A DNA stretch of 63,437 bases, counting the filler, from Folioceros fuciformis (Eukaryota), in NCBI GenBank assembly GCA_049999805.1. It is 4 parts of 4 records of this genome, joined end to end, with 100 filler letters (N's around TTAATTAATTAA, not from the genome) between each part and the next. Parts side by side here need not be neighbours in the genome. Positions count along the whole stretch, not along the records: positions 34,748 to 46,106 come from JBNGIO010006281.1; positions 46,207 to 63,437 come from JBNGIO010006283.1; 2 more parts are not named here. One strand, given 5' to 3'. The notes beneath the pieces were generated by a model. It saw only the letters and a program-made list of their open reading frames with translations, was not told where the DNA came from and ran no database searches. Made by a program: the position numbers and the translations under genes. Of this stretch, positions 38,921 to 49,400 are shown one piece after another; positions within the stretch are counted from its first letter, which is position 1; every line of letters starts with the position of its first letter.

Positions 38921-39655
38921 ATGCAGGCGGATGGAGTGACGGTGGCGTCGCCCTCGCTCTCCCCGGAGGCAACCGCTGTTGGAGGTGGTGGTGGCGCCAA
39001 GACGAAGAAAGGCAAAGGGAAGGGGAAGAACGAGGGCCAGGGAGCACCAAAATCTAGGCCCAGGCCTCGAAAACCTAAAGCTGCAGAAAGCGTCGGAAAT
39101 GAGGCTACCGAGGAGTATGCTGCTGCGGAAGATGGCCCTGCACACGTCGTCGGCGGCAGGAAGGAGGCTGGTAGCAAGGGCAGGTCCCAGGCCAAGCCTC
39201 GCAAGCGCAAGCTGGCCACGGCGGAGGCTGTGGCACTGGATGCTGATGCTGAGGATGTTAAACTGCATCCGAAGCAGGCGGCTCGCATGAAGAAAACGGG
39301 CGGGCCGGGCAGAGCCAGGAGCAAGGTCAAGAAGGTGGACGCGCCGGCCAGGGAGCGGCAGCGGGGGGCTGACACCGACTCTGACCTGGAGTTGCGCTCG
39401 GACGCGGAGACGGAGACCGACGCCGAGGTGCTGAGTAGGGACGGGGTCAAGTGCCGCAAGCTGGAGAGGGACTTACGGCTGCTGGAGGAGCAGAGCGTGG
39501 ACATCTCCCGGGAGTTGGAGGAGACGGAGGATCTGGTGAAGGAGTTGGAGAAGGAGAAGGTTGCGCTCCTGGATGAACTCCTCATTCTGGAAGGCCTGGC
39601 GGTCAATCCCTACCCTCCCTTCAGACCTAAAGAGAGCGCGCAGAAGCGCAGGTGA
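38921..39655 (+). CDS. Lys/Arg-rich, probably nuclear protein with a C-terminal coiled coil
   Basis: 244-aa GC-rich ORF with basic NLS-like clusters and C-terminal LLEEQS..I.RELEE.E..VK.LE.EK.ALLDEL.ILEGL. Confidence 0.7.
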   Translation: MQADGVTVASPSLSPEATAVGGGGGAKTKKGKGKGKNEGQGAPKSRPRPRKPKAAESVGNEATEEYAAAEDGPAHVVGGRKEAGSKGRSQAKPRKRKLATAEAVALDADAEDVKLHPKQAARMKKTGGPGRARSKVKKVDAPARERQRGADTDSDLELRSDAETETDAEVLSRDGVKCRKLERDLRLLEEQSVDISRELEETEDLVKELEKEKVALLDELLILEGLAVNPYPPFRPKESAQKRR

Positions 39656-40355
39656 CTTACAGTTGCTAGTCATCGGTGTGAACACTCGCTCCTGCGGTCT
39701 CTCGTCAACTTCGAAGCCTCGGTTGCGGGTGAGTTCAGCCGGCTGAATTGTGAGCGCAAGATATCCTTGTTGGCTGCAGCATCTGGGCAACTCACTCTAC
39801 ACTCTGCCTGCTCTCTCACAGAATCGCCTTGGCGCCTCCAGAGCGCAGTCTTGGCCTGGTGCCGGCCCCTGCGTGTGAGAGACCATGCCCTGTTTCTGAC
39901 TTGTGAGTACAGTCCGTCTTAAAAATGCTCATGGTCTCTTTCTTGGTGGATTGAAGGTGCTTGCCTGCATGCGTTGATAACTAACTGACTCGGGCTTTTT
40001 TGTTCTCAGGTAAATACTTATGCTTTTAGGGAGGGAATTTGGAAAAGGGCTTCGTATCTTTCTAAATCCGTGCAAGGGAGTTACAGATGTGTAATAGAAC
40101 CATGTGGTTCAATATTGGGTGGAACTGACTGCCGAGAAGCAAAACTGTTCGGGCACGTTGATGCCAAGCCAATGTACTCTAGACTAAATCCCATGTTGTA
40201 ATGATCACTGGCGGAGGACAAACTTGCTCGTTGATGCCATGCTAGTCTATACAAAATGTTGTGATGCGCACTCTATCTTACACAAGCTAGGATTCGGAAT
40301 TTGTCGAGGACCAAATATTCACCCACAGTCGGTCCTGTTGCGATGGAGAGCAGAG

Positions 40356-41558
40356 CTATGCATATTTGGAGGCAGCAGCAAGGGCACGGTGGGCCTTGTA
40401 GTCTTGCACGACGACGATGGCGGCATAGAGCAGGAGGAAGGAAGTGACGCTCCAGAAAATGGCCGGGGCGACCACATTGTTGATGAACATGCTGCAGAGG
40501 ATTGCCCAGCCCATCATGATGGTGCCCCAGGCGGAGCCGGTGAACCAGATGGGGTCCCGGGTGAAGAGCGCGCGGGGGACCATGAGCCCATTGCCCGCCA
40601 TGCCCAGGAGAGTGGTGAGCAGGGAGATCCCGGCGAGGCTGGCGGGGTTGGTGAGGCAGGCCCAGAGCTGCGCCAGCGGCATGAACATGAAGAGCAGGGT
40701 GGCGGTCCAGGCGGACAGCCCCGTCCACACTCCGCGCAACCGCTCGGGGAGCTTCCCAGCCCGGGTGAGGAGGATGAAGGAGAACCCGGCCAGAGCGGCT
40801 GCCGCGCCCGGGGCGCTACTCTTCTTGGCGGAGAAGGTGGAGAAAACCACCTGCGGGAGGACGGAGATTCCGACCAGCCCCGCAGCGTCCTGCCACACCC
40901 CCCACACGGCCGGGGAGAGCACGTTCCTGAAGTTAAGAAGGTTGAGGAGCAGGCCCAGCGCTACCACCACCGTGGTAAAGAAGAATGCCGGTGGCGGCAT
41001 GAAGCCCGCCAGGAAGATCTGCGACAGCAACACGAAGGTGGATATGACGCCCACTGTTTGCACCAGCGTCGCCCCCCGCTCCTTCTTGGCCGCGAAATAG
41101 GAGAGCAGGAGCAGGTTGCCCAGCAGCCCAGTGGAGTAGCCCATCCATGGCAGGATCCCGATCGGGGCTGGGTTCCCGGCCAGCAGGTTCCTGCCGTTCT
41201 TCACGATCTGCGGGGTCATGAGCAGCAGGAAGGCCACAGTGGACGCCTCCGTCAGCTTCTCTGTTATGCCATCCCACAGCTTGTATGCGGCCGGGGTGGA
41301 GGCCTCAGCCCGAGCCTGGCCCCTTCGCGCCGCAGCGCTGCCCCTTGCTTTGGGCAGAGGAGCCCAGGTGCTGATCTCGGGGCGTCTCGCCTTCCCGGCG
41401 GGGAAGAGCTTCCATGTAGATCCGCCATAGCCTATGCCATTTCCATACCGACTCTCCGGGAGTCGCGCTGATTTCGACGCAGGTGGGAATGTGGCGCGCA
41501 CGAGAGGCAATGGCACGGTCCGGGCAGGACTCTGCCAAGGGCACACAACGGAAGACAT
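40356..41558 (-). CDS. MEX1: Plastid maltose exporter MEX1/RCP1-like, intronless
   Basis: Transit peptide followed by a multi-TM protein with W...T......FLLL..PQI..N..NLL.GN, PW.G..TGLLGNL.LLSYF..K.E, SAWTATLLFM.MP..Q and GNGLM.PRALF.RD..WFTGS.W. Confidence 0.92.
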   Translation of the reverse strand: MSSVVCPWQSPARTVPLPLVRATFPPASKSARLPESRYGNGIGYGGSTWKLFPAGKARRPEISTWAPLPKARGSAAARRGQARAEASTPAAYKLWDGITEKLTEASTVAFLLLMTPQIVKNGRNLLAGNPAPIGILPWMGYSTGLLGNLLLLSYFAAKKERGATLVQTVGVISTFVLLSQIFLAGFMPPPAFFFTTVVVALGLLLNLLNFRNVLSPAVWGVWQDAAGLVGISVLPQVVFSTFSAKKSSAPGAAAALAGFSFILLTRAGKLPERLRGVWTGLSAWTATLLFMFMPLAQLWACLTNPASLAGISLLTTLLGMAGNGLMVPRALFTRDPIWFTGSAWGTIMMGWAILCSMFINNVVAPAIFWSVTSFLLLYAAIVVVQDYKAHRALAAASKYA

Positions 41559-42080
41559 GGTGGCCGCTGTTGCTTCTGGCGGGCTCTATCCGAAACCCAA
41601 GCCTTGAGCTTTAATATTTATGTGTCAGGGTGAAGCGAGGCGAGGCAAGGCCCAAATATCCATAGCTCCAATCCCGGCGAGGCTGAGTCACCCGGGATCT
41701 GCCGCATGTGCTGATCCAGTGCGGGCAAGGCAAAGCGCAACCGGCGCTGGAGGCGGTGTGTAAGGCTTCGCGCAACAGCGCACCTGGGTGCGAGGCGGGA
41801 GGAGGAGGCGTAGTGCAATCCAGCCGGGCGCCCTGAGCTGGCTCTGGCTGGATGGGTAATCATCCTTGTTCTCGTCAACCTGCCTGCCTGCCAGTTTCAG
41901 AACAGCTTACTGTGGGTCAGCCACTTATCAAAGCGATATGTAACGAGACCATGTAACGATACCATGAGAACTGCCAATTCTGTACCTGAGCCGACAAGAG
42001 GCAGAAAAAGATTCCTCCGCAAGATTACTCCTGCGGAAGAGAGGAAGCAGTTGCGGGGAGAGCGAGAACGATGCCCACCA

Positions 42081-44241
42081 TCACGTCATAGGTGTTTCAC
42101 TGTGGATTGCGTGCTCAGTTTGTTCGAGGCCGGAAGGCCTAGGCAGCACCGCACCCAGAGATGTGTACGTGACGTAATTTGGGACAAAGCCATTCACTTT
42201 CATTTCTTCCAACAGCTCCTTGGCCTGATCTCTCTGACCTGCCTTCGCAAGCACGTTGATGAGACAGTTGTAAGTGATCAGGGTGGGAGGCAGTCGCTGC
42301 TTCTTCATGTCCTCGAAAAGCCTGGCGGCGTGGTCGGTGCTGCCAGCTTTCCCTAGGCCATCTATGAGGGTGTTGTACGTGATCTGATTGGGGGTCTCAC
42401 CGCTCGCCTTCAGCTCTTCAAACAGGGAGCAAGCATCGTCGATTCTTCCCCCGTGGGCGAGCCCCTTCAGTAGTATGTTGTAGCTGCTGACGGAAGGAGC
42501 CATTCCCCCGGCTTTCATGTCCTCGAACAGATTCCAAGCAGCCTCAATTTGTCCAGCCTTCACCAGGCTGTGCATCACAGTGTTGCAAGTCAAGACGCTA
42601 GGGGAAATCCCCTCATTTTTCATCTGACTGAAAACTTTTAGAGCTCTCTTTCCTTGCCCACCTTTCTTAAGAGCCAAGATGAGCACGCTGTAGGTAACCA
42701 GATCAGGACTGTATCCCTTTCCCTTCAGCTCGTCATAAAGCTTGCGGGCCTCACTTATCCTGCCACCCTTGACTAACCCGTCCATTAGTGTGGTGTACGT
42801 GTACACATCTGCACCTGCCCCACTTTCCTGCATCTCTTCGAAAAGTTTGGAAGCCTGTTCCATCTGACGGGTCTTGACCAGCCCATGCAGATAGCCGTTG
42901 TACGTGTGTAGGTTAGGGGCCAGACCTTTGCTCTTCATCTCGTCCAGCATTCCATGGGCTTCTTGCAACGCACCAGCTTTAGCAAAGCCAACGACCATAA
43001 TGGAATATGTGACGACATCAGGGCTACGACCTTTGGCTTTCATCTCCTCAAAAAGCTTGGAGGCTGCTTCGATTTGCCGAGCCTTTAAGGTCTGCCAAAT
43101 TATCATGCTGTAGGTTACCACGTCCGGGACATGCCCTCTTTGCTTCACAAACTCAAACACCTTCACCGACTCGAGGAGATCTCCCTCCTTGCAGAACACA
43201 TCTATCAGGATGCATGCTGTGAAGATGTCCGGGTGGCAACCAGCCTCACCCATCTCCTGATACATCCTCCTGACGCTGTCATAATCTCCACCCCTGTAAA
43301 GCAGGTCCACAAGACAACAATAAATAAATTGTGTGGCCAGGGAATTATCCTTGCCCATTCGCCGAAATGCTAACAGTGCAGCTCTGAGATGCACAGGTGT
43401 GGCACAGTCTCTCAAGACAGTGGAGAAGGCCTTGGTGTCCAAACAGAACCCATGGTTCTTCATCTCCACAACCAAGTCCCATACTCTCCCGAAATCCAAA
43501 GCTCGAGCCAGAACTGAGATCAACGAAGAGTAAGTCCGCCTAGAGTGCTGATAGCCCTTCTGTTCCCCTGCCCACCTGAAAAAATTGTATGCTACATTCG
43601 AGTCTGTCACTCTGTTCAAAATAACAACAACTTCCTTAGCCAGAAATTTGAGCTGCAGCTTCTTGAGGGCTTCTTCAGTAGCTGACCCCCACTGCTGCTG
43701 CAGTATGTCACATGCATGACTCACGGCCCAGCCAGGCAAATGCTGCTGACTCTGGCAAACAGCAGAATGGTATGGCCGCCACCCCTGTGCGTTTTGGCAC
43801 ACTGCTTCCTTCGTCCCCGGTCTTTCAACCAGGAAACACCGGGCTCCCAGAGCATCTGCCACCCCCGTCACACGGATCCCTTGCTTCCAGGACAGCACAA
43901 GCTTCCGGCAGAAAGAGAAGTGCAAATCTTGGGAGGGCCCACAGAGGTTTCCGCCTCCTCTTCCTCCACACCCAGCTCTCAATCTCGGGTGGCTGGACCA
44001 GAAGCCTTGATGTGCCAGACGACGGCGCTCCTGCAGCTGCATCGAACACCATCCATAAGCCTGCTTCCGCATGATTCGAGTGCTTTCCGGGCCCAGGAGT
44101 CATGAGTCTTGCCATCACCAAGACACCCACCTGCAGCAGGGAAATTTGGACGGCATAGCGGGAGCAGTGCAGCGTGACGATGTCTCGGTAGCTGGGTAGA
44201 CCGTCGAGCCACTGCAAGGGGCCCCTAGCCGCCGCCATCAC
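42081..44241 (-). CDS. P-class pentatricopeptide repeat protein (start uncertain)
   Basis: About 12 tandem 35-aa P motifs (PDVVTYSIM.., PNLHTYNG.., PNQITYNTLIDGLGKAG), preceded by AYNFFRWAGEQKGY.HS..TY. Confidence 0.92.
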
Positions 44242-44402
44242 CGATTCCGACCAAGGCTAATTCCATGGAGGTCAAGTAGCACCACCCGATGAACGGGGTG
44301 AGATGCTGGGATGGAAATGTCATGTTCGAAGTTCCAGCTCTGCCTTGTTAGTCAAATATTTTTGAGGTTGATACGTGTCGTTTTCCTTCTCGGAGACTGG
44401 CA

Positions 44403-45016
44403 ATGGCGGCCGGAACTGGAGCGGGATTCAAGGGGGGTTTGGCCCGCTGGGCCGGGGAGCTAGCCAAGGGCGTGTACGGATACTGGGAGAAAGGGCGATG
44501 GACGCCCCTGGCCATCAGTGCGCGCCATCGCGCCCGTCTGCGGAAGGAGACTCTGCTGGCAGGAGGGTAGGCCGCGCTGCCTCTTACTCCCACAGCGGCA
44601 GGTGTTGGGGTTTTGGGACAAACTGACCCTCCAGGGATATGTGCAGGGATTGGCCGTACGACGCCCCTCGGAAGGAGATGAGGACCCGGCAAAAGGGTCA
44701 CAAAGTGGATCGGGAGGCTGCTCTGAAGTACGTGTTCTTGTTGCTCACATCAGCAGGCTGAAGTTTAGGGCAGGCAAGGTGAAGGTTTTGTGTTTGTCTC
44801 ACGCCATGACTGTTGCAGGCGGGCAAGGACGGCCGAGCTGATGGAGAAAATGCCTCAAATGCTGGCAGACATGAAGGTATTGCAATTAGGGCTGTTCGCG
44901 CAGGATGTGTGTTCCAAGACGCTGTTGTTGGCATTCCAAAACGAGTATCCTCCCGGCTGTGTGTGTTCCAGAAGCGGAGATATGAGCGGAAGATGGAGTC
45001 GGAGAAGAAGAAATGA
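44403..45016 (+). CDS. Mitochondrial ribosomal protein mL59 (MRPL25-like), 4 exons
   Basis: Spliced product W..AISARHRARLRKETLLAG/..WPYDAPRKEMRTRQKGHKVDR/..LMEKMPQMLADMK/KRRYERKMESEKKK*. The KGHK..R and KMPQM motifs are characteristic of mL59. Confidence 0.8.
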
Positions 45017-46206
45017 GCGGAAGATGGAGTCGGAGAAGAAGAAATGAGCGGAAGCCTTTGCCCTCCAGAGTCAGTCCTCCACTTTTGCAGCGTATGTACG
45101 AGAGCCTGTCGCACCCTGAAAGCTACTCACAATGAGATTAGCGTGTGAGATCGGTGTCGAGCAGCAGGCAGCAGATGATGTGTCACGTCTAATTACGTGA
45201 GGGAGAGTTGCCTTACTTGTCAGTGGCTATGGCGTGCAATGCAGACCGCTTGTGTATCAGGCGGCTTGTCTTGTTTTAGAGACCTCCTTTGGCGGAGTGC
45301 TGTGCAGCAAGGTGTTGAGTGTGTTGCAGACTATTCGATACAGGAACAGAAAGGATACAGGAACAGAAACATTGGTAAACTCTTGTCACCGCCCCGGGCC
45401 CAAATATTATTCCGATTCCGAGGTCCCGAGCGTGCCGGGAAGGAGTGAGGCACAAGCCTCGAAACCGGGGTTGGCTGGCTGACTGGCTGTGCCAGTCCCA
45501 TTACGCGCCACGCGCCCCTGCATACGACATCCATTCCTCGGCCTCGCTTTTGCTAAGTGCGATGGCGAGCGCATATAGAATTGTAGATGAGCGAGAAGAG
45601 TTGCCCCCAGTGGATGGGCACGCGACGGGGAGTTTCCCAAGCTCGAGAGGTGCTTTGTGTGGTAACTGGAGACTCCAGCGAGGCCGGTGCATCCGGCGAT
45701 GGGCCCGCCTGAGAGTGAGCTTCTCGTCACCTCCCCGGGCTGCGCCATCCTCGAATGTCGCGTAAAGGGAGGAGGGGGGCAGTGGAGACGAGAGCAGAGG
45801 AGAGATGAGATGGGAAAGCGAGAAAAGAGTGAGGCAAGCGCGTGGCCAGTGCAGTCGGGGCTGGGCCGGAGCCTGGAGCTGGGCGCTTCCTTCCCAAGGT
45901 GCACCCCGTCCCCTGCATCTCACCTGCATTACAAGCACGCGGCGAGAAGTAGAGACGAGATAGCCGGGTGCGGCAACATGCAGACGGCTGCTGCGCCGCC
46001 TGGGCCAGACACCGACCCGCCGTCCAGCCCGGCTTCCGCTGTCGCCAACGCTCCTTCTTCTTCGACTGGCATGTCTAAGTTCTCGCTGCTGGGGCAGCAG
46101 CTGCATNNNNNNNNNNNNNNNNNNNNNNNNNNNNNNNNNNNNNNNNNNNNTTAATTAATTAANNNNNNNNNNNNNNNNNNNNNNNNNNNNNNNNNNNNNN
46201 NNNNNN

Positions 46207-46356
46207 CAGCGCCGGCCTCAAAGCGAGGCCGCTTCTTCCTCAGCGCCGGCCTCAAAGCGAGGCCGCTTCTTCCTCAGCGCCGGCCTCAAAGCGAGGCCGC
46301 TTCTTCCTCAGCGCCGGCCTCAAAGCGAGGCCGCTTCTTCCTCAGCGCCGGCCTCG
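46207..46356. repeat. Perfect 34-bp tandem repeat (4+ copies, starting at a gap edge) with an internal hairpin
   Basis: CAGCGCCGGCCTCAAAGCGAGGCCGCTTCTTCCT at 46207, 46241, 46275 and 46309. Confidence 0.9.
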
Positions 46357-46438
46357 TGGCCACTTTGGCACAATGGCCGCCGAGGCGAAGGCCCCGGAGC
46401 GGACATCTACCAGAAGGATGATGAAGAGCCCCTCCGTT

Positions 46439-49400
46439 TGTTAATAACACAATATCCCAAAATAAGCCCCAAATAAGAGCCTCAGTTCAATACATTTAGA
46501 GCAATAGCCTATGCCTACTTATATAGTCCTAGATGTGGTGCACACAAACTCTAAACAATATGGGTTTTCTAACACTCCCACTCAAGACATCTATCACTTA
46601 TCCAATACATGACTTACTCAATTAACCCTAGCATCTTGCTAAACTTCATATGCTTCTCTAAAGCTAAACCTTTCGTAAGAATATCAGCACGCATGTCCTT
46701 TGCAAGACAATAAACTAAAACTATTTCCTTTGATTGTACTTTCTCCCTGATGAAGTGATGCTTAACTTCGATGTGCTTAGTCCTTGCATGGAAAATAGAA
46801 CTTTTAGCCAGATGAATACAGCCCTGATTATCGTTGAAGATGGGCGTTGCACCTTGCTGCTTGAACCCCATTTCTTCGAGCAATCGCCTAAGCCATATAG
46901 CTTCCACAATTGCAGCAGAGGTTGCCATATACTTAGCCTCTGTAGAGGATAACGCCACTGTAGGCTAACACCTGCTACTCCATGAAATGGCTCCCCCAAA
47001 TAGCACAAAGGCATACCTTGTGGTAGACCTGCAAGTATCGACATCTCCTATCCAATCTGCATCGCAAAATCCCACGATACTGGCTTCTTCGTCCTCCTTC
47101 GTTTGGTAAGTCAATATCCAATATTTTGTGCCCTGCATGTATCTGAGTATTCTCTTGACGGCTTGATCATGTTGTGGCTGGAGTTTGACCAAGAATTGGC
47201 TCGCAACTCCCACTGCCTCTATAATGTGGGCCTAGTGCTTGTCACCAAATAAGTAAGGCAACCAACAATACACTAGTAGAGATGCTTATCTACCTGTTCC
47301 TTCACATTGGGATCCACCACTTGTGATAACTTCTCATTGCGGATCATTTATAACTTCTCATCTGCGTCAGTTTGCAATCTAGCATCCCAAATTGTTCTAG
47401 TATAATATGCACATATGTCTGTTAACTTAGAGAGATTGCCCTGTTGGTCCTATCTCTGTCAACCTTTATACCTAGAAAATGATGTAGCTCCCCAAGGTCT
47501 CGTACAGCAAAGCTTTCGCTGAGCCCTCGCTTTGCAGAGGCCAGAAGCTCCTGATCATTGCTGACAATGACTAAATCATCCACATACATGGCAATGATAA
47601 TAACAGAAGCNNNNNNNNNNCACATAAATATTCCAATCTGCATTAGTCTTCTTGAAACCTCTAGACTGGAAATGATCATCAATTTTATGATACCAAGTAA
47701 GGGCGGATTGCTTAAGACCATAAATTGCCTTTTGTAACTTACATACCTCGCCCTCACATCCAGGTACCATATAGCCCTCGGGTTGCTCCGTGTAGATCTC
47801 TTCATTCAGATCCCCATTCAAAAAAGCAGTTTGAACATCAATATGATGTACCTCCATATCCAAGGCAGCGGCGATAGCAATGAGTGCTCGGATAGAAGCT
47901 ATCTTCGCAACAAGTGAGAAAGTATCGATATAATCCATGCGTGGAATCTGCGTATACCCTTTCCCTACTAGGCTTGCCTTGTAATGCTCTATGCTGCCGT
48001 CAGCTTTTCGTTTAATCTTGAAAGTCCACCTTAATCCTATGCATCTTCTTCCAAGAGGTAGGGGAGTAATAATCCACGTTTTGTTGGCGATGAAGGAGTT
48101 GTATTCACTGTCCACGGCTGCTCTCCATTCTTTTGCCTTTGGGCCTTCGAATGCCTCCTTCAGGCTGTGGGGTTCTCCAACATCTGCAAAACACACCTCC
48201 TCACATCCATTGATAGAATCGATAAGCCTTTGAGAAGGCTTACGCAACCTAGTGGATCTACGTAATTCCGGTTGCGGTGCTATAATAGGATAGTCTACTA
48301 CTTCTTCAGAAACATCGGAAGTTTCACTCCTGCCCCCCTCGATGTCGCAATCTACATATGCGGCTGGGGGTAAGGCTCCAACAGCGTCTTCAACTGTAGG
48401 GACATTAGGAGTGTCACCCCCTTCCCCCTTATGTCACAAGGGTGAGAAGAGTCGTCAAGCATCGGATCAGGAGGGTTTTAGGTGGCAGCTAGTTGGAGAA
48501 GGCACACCGCTGTCTTCGGCAGATTGAACATCTGAAGGGCCCACTCCTGGCAGTATCTCAATAGCCTCCTGAAAAACAACATCCTTGCTAAAAAAGACCT
48601 TTTTCGTAGTGAGATTGTATAACCTATAGCCTTTGATTGTATCGGAATAACCAAGCAGGAGACACTTCGTTCCATTAGCATCCCATTTGGTCCGTCTCTC
48701 CTTCGGGATACAAGCGTAGACCACGGAACCAAAAACCCTCAAATGTCGGATATTAGGTTTTATACCAAAGCAAGCTTCCTCTGGTGTCATACTGGGTACG
48801 GAACTCTGCTCAACACATAGGTTGTTGTCATGACAACCTCTCCCCAAAAGTTGATCTGCAAGCCATTGTGAAACAACATGCACTTGGTTGCTTCCACAAG
48901 GCTCCGTATCTTCCGCTCCGCGACTCCATTTTGTTGCGGGGTGTGCGGAATCGTGAGTTGTCGTTTGATGCCGTTCTCCTTACAAAAACTTTGGAACTGA
49001 GAAGAGACATATTCTCCTCCGTTGTTGCTCCGAAGCATCTTAAGGCATTCACCACGTTCGGTCTCGACCATAGTCTTCCACTTCTTAAAAGTCTGGAACA
49101 CATGAGATTTCTCTTTCAAAAGGTAAGTCCATGTCTTCCTTGTAAAATCATCAACAAAGATGAGCATGTAGTGATTCCCACCCTATGTAGGGTTCCGCAT
49201 GGGCCCGCTTACGTCAGTGTGGCCTAATTCCAGCGCCTTCTACGCACGATGTGTCGCAACTTTAGGAAACTTTGTGCGATTTAGCTTCCCCATCTAACAT
49301 CCTGGACGCAACCGTGTTGCAGTAATCTCCATCAAATCCAATCCTGTCACCATGTCATGAGTCATCATCTGCTTGAGTTTGTCCACTCCTATGTGGCCCA

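Noticed and set aside
38593-39606. 337-aa minus-strand ORF
   Set aside because: Antisense shadow of the GC-rich 38921..39655 gene; Ser-rich with no domain.
40224-41471. 415-aa antisense ORF over MEX1
   Set aside because: Shadow frame expected from high GC3 codon usage; low-complexity translation with no motifs.
45400-46106. Overlapping GC-rich ORFs before the gap
   Set aside because: Open in several frames because of GC content; no family could be assigned and the sequence is cut by a gap.
46207-46356. CRISPR direct repeats (palindromic 34-mer)
   Set aside because: The units are directly adjacent with no spacers.
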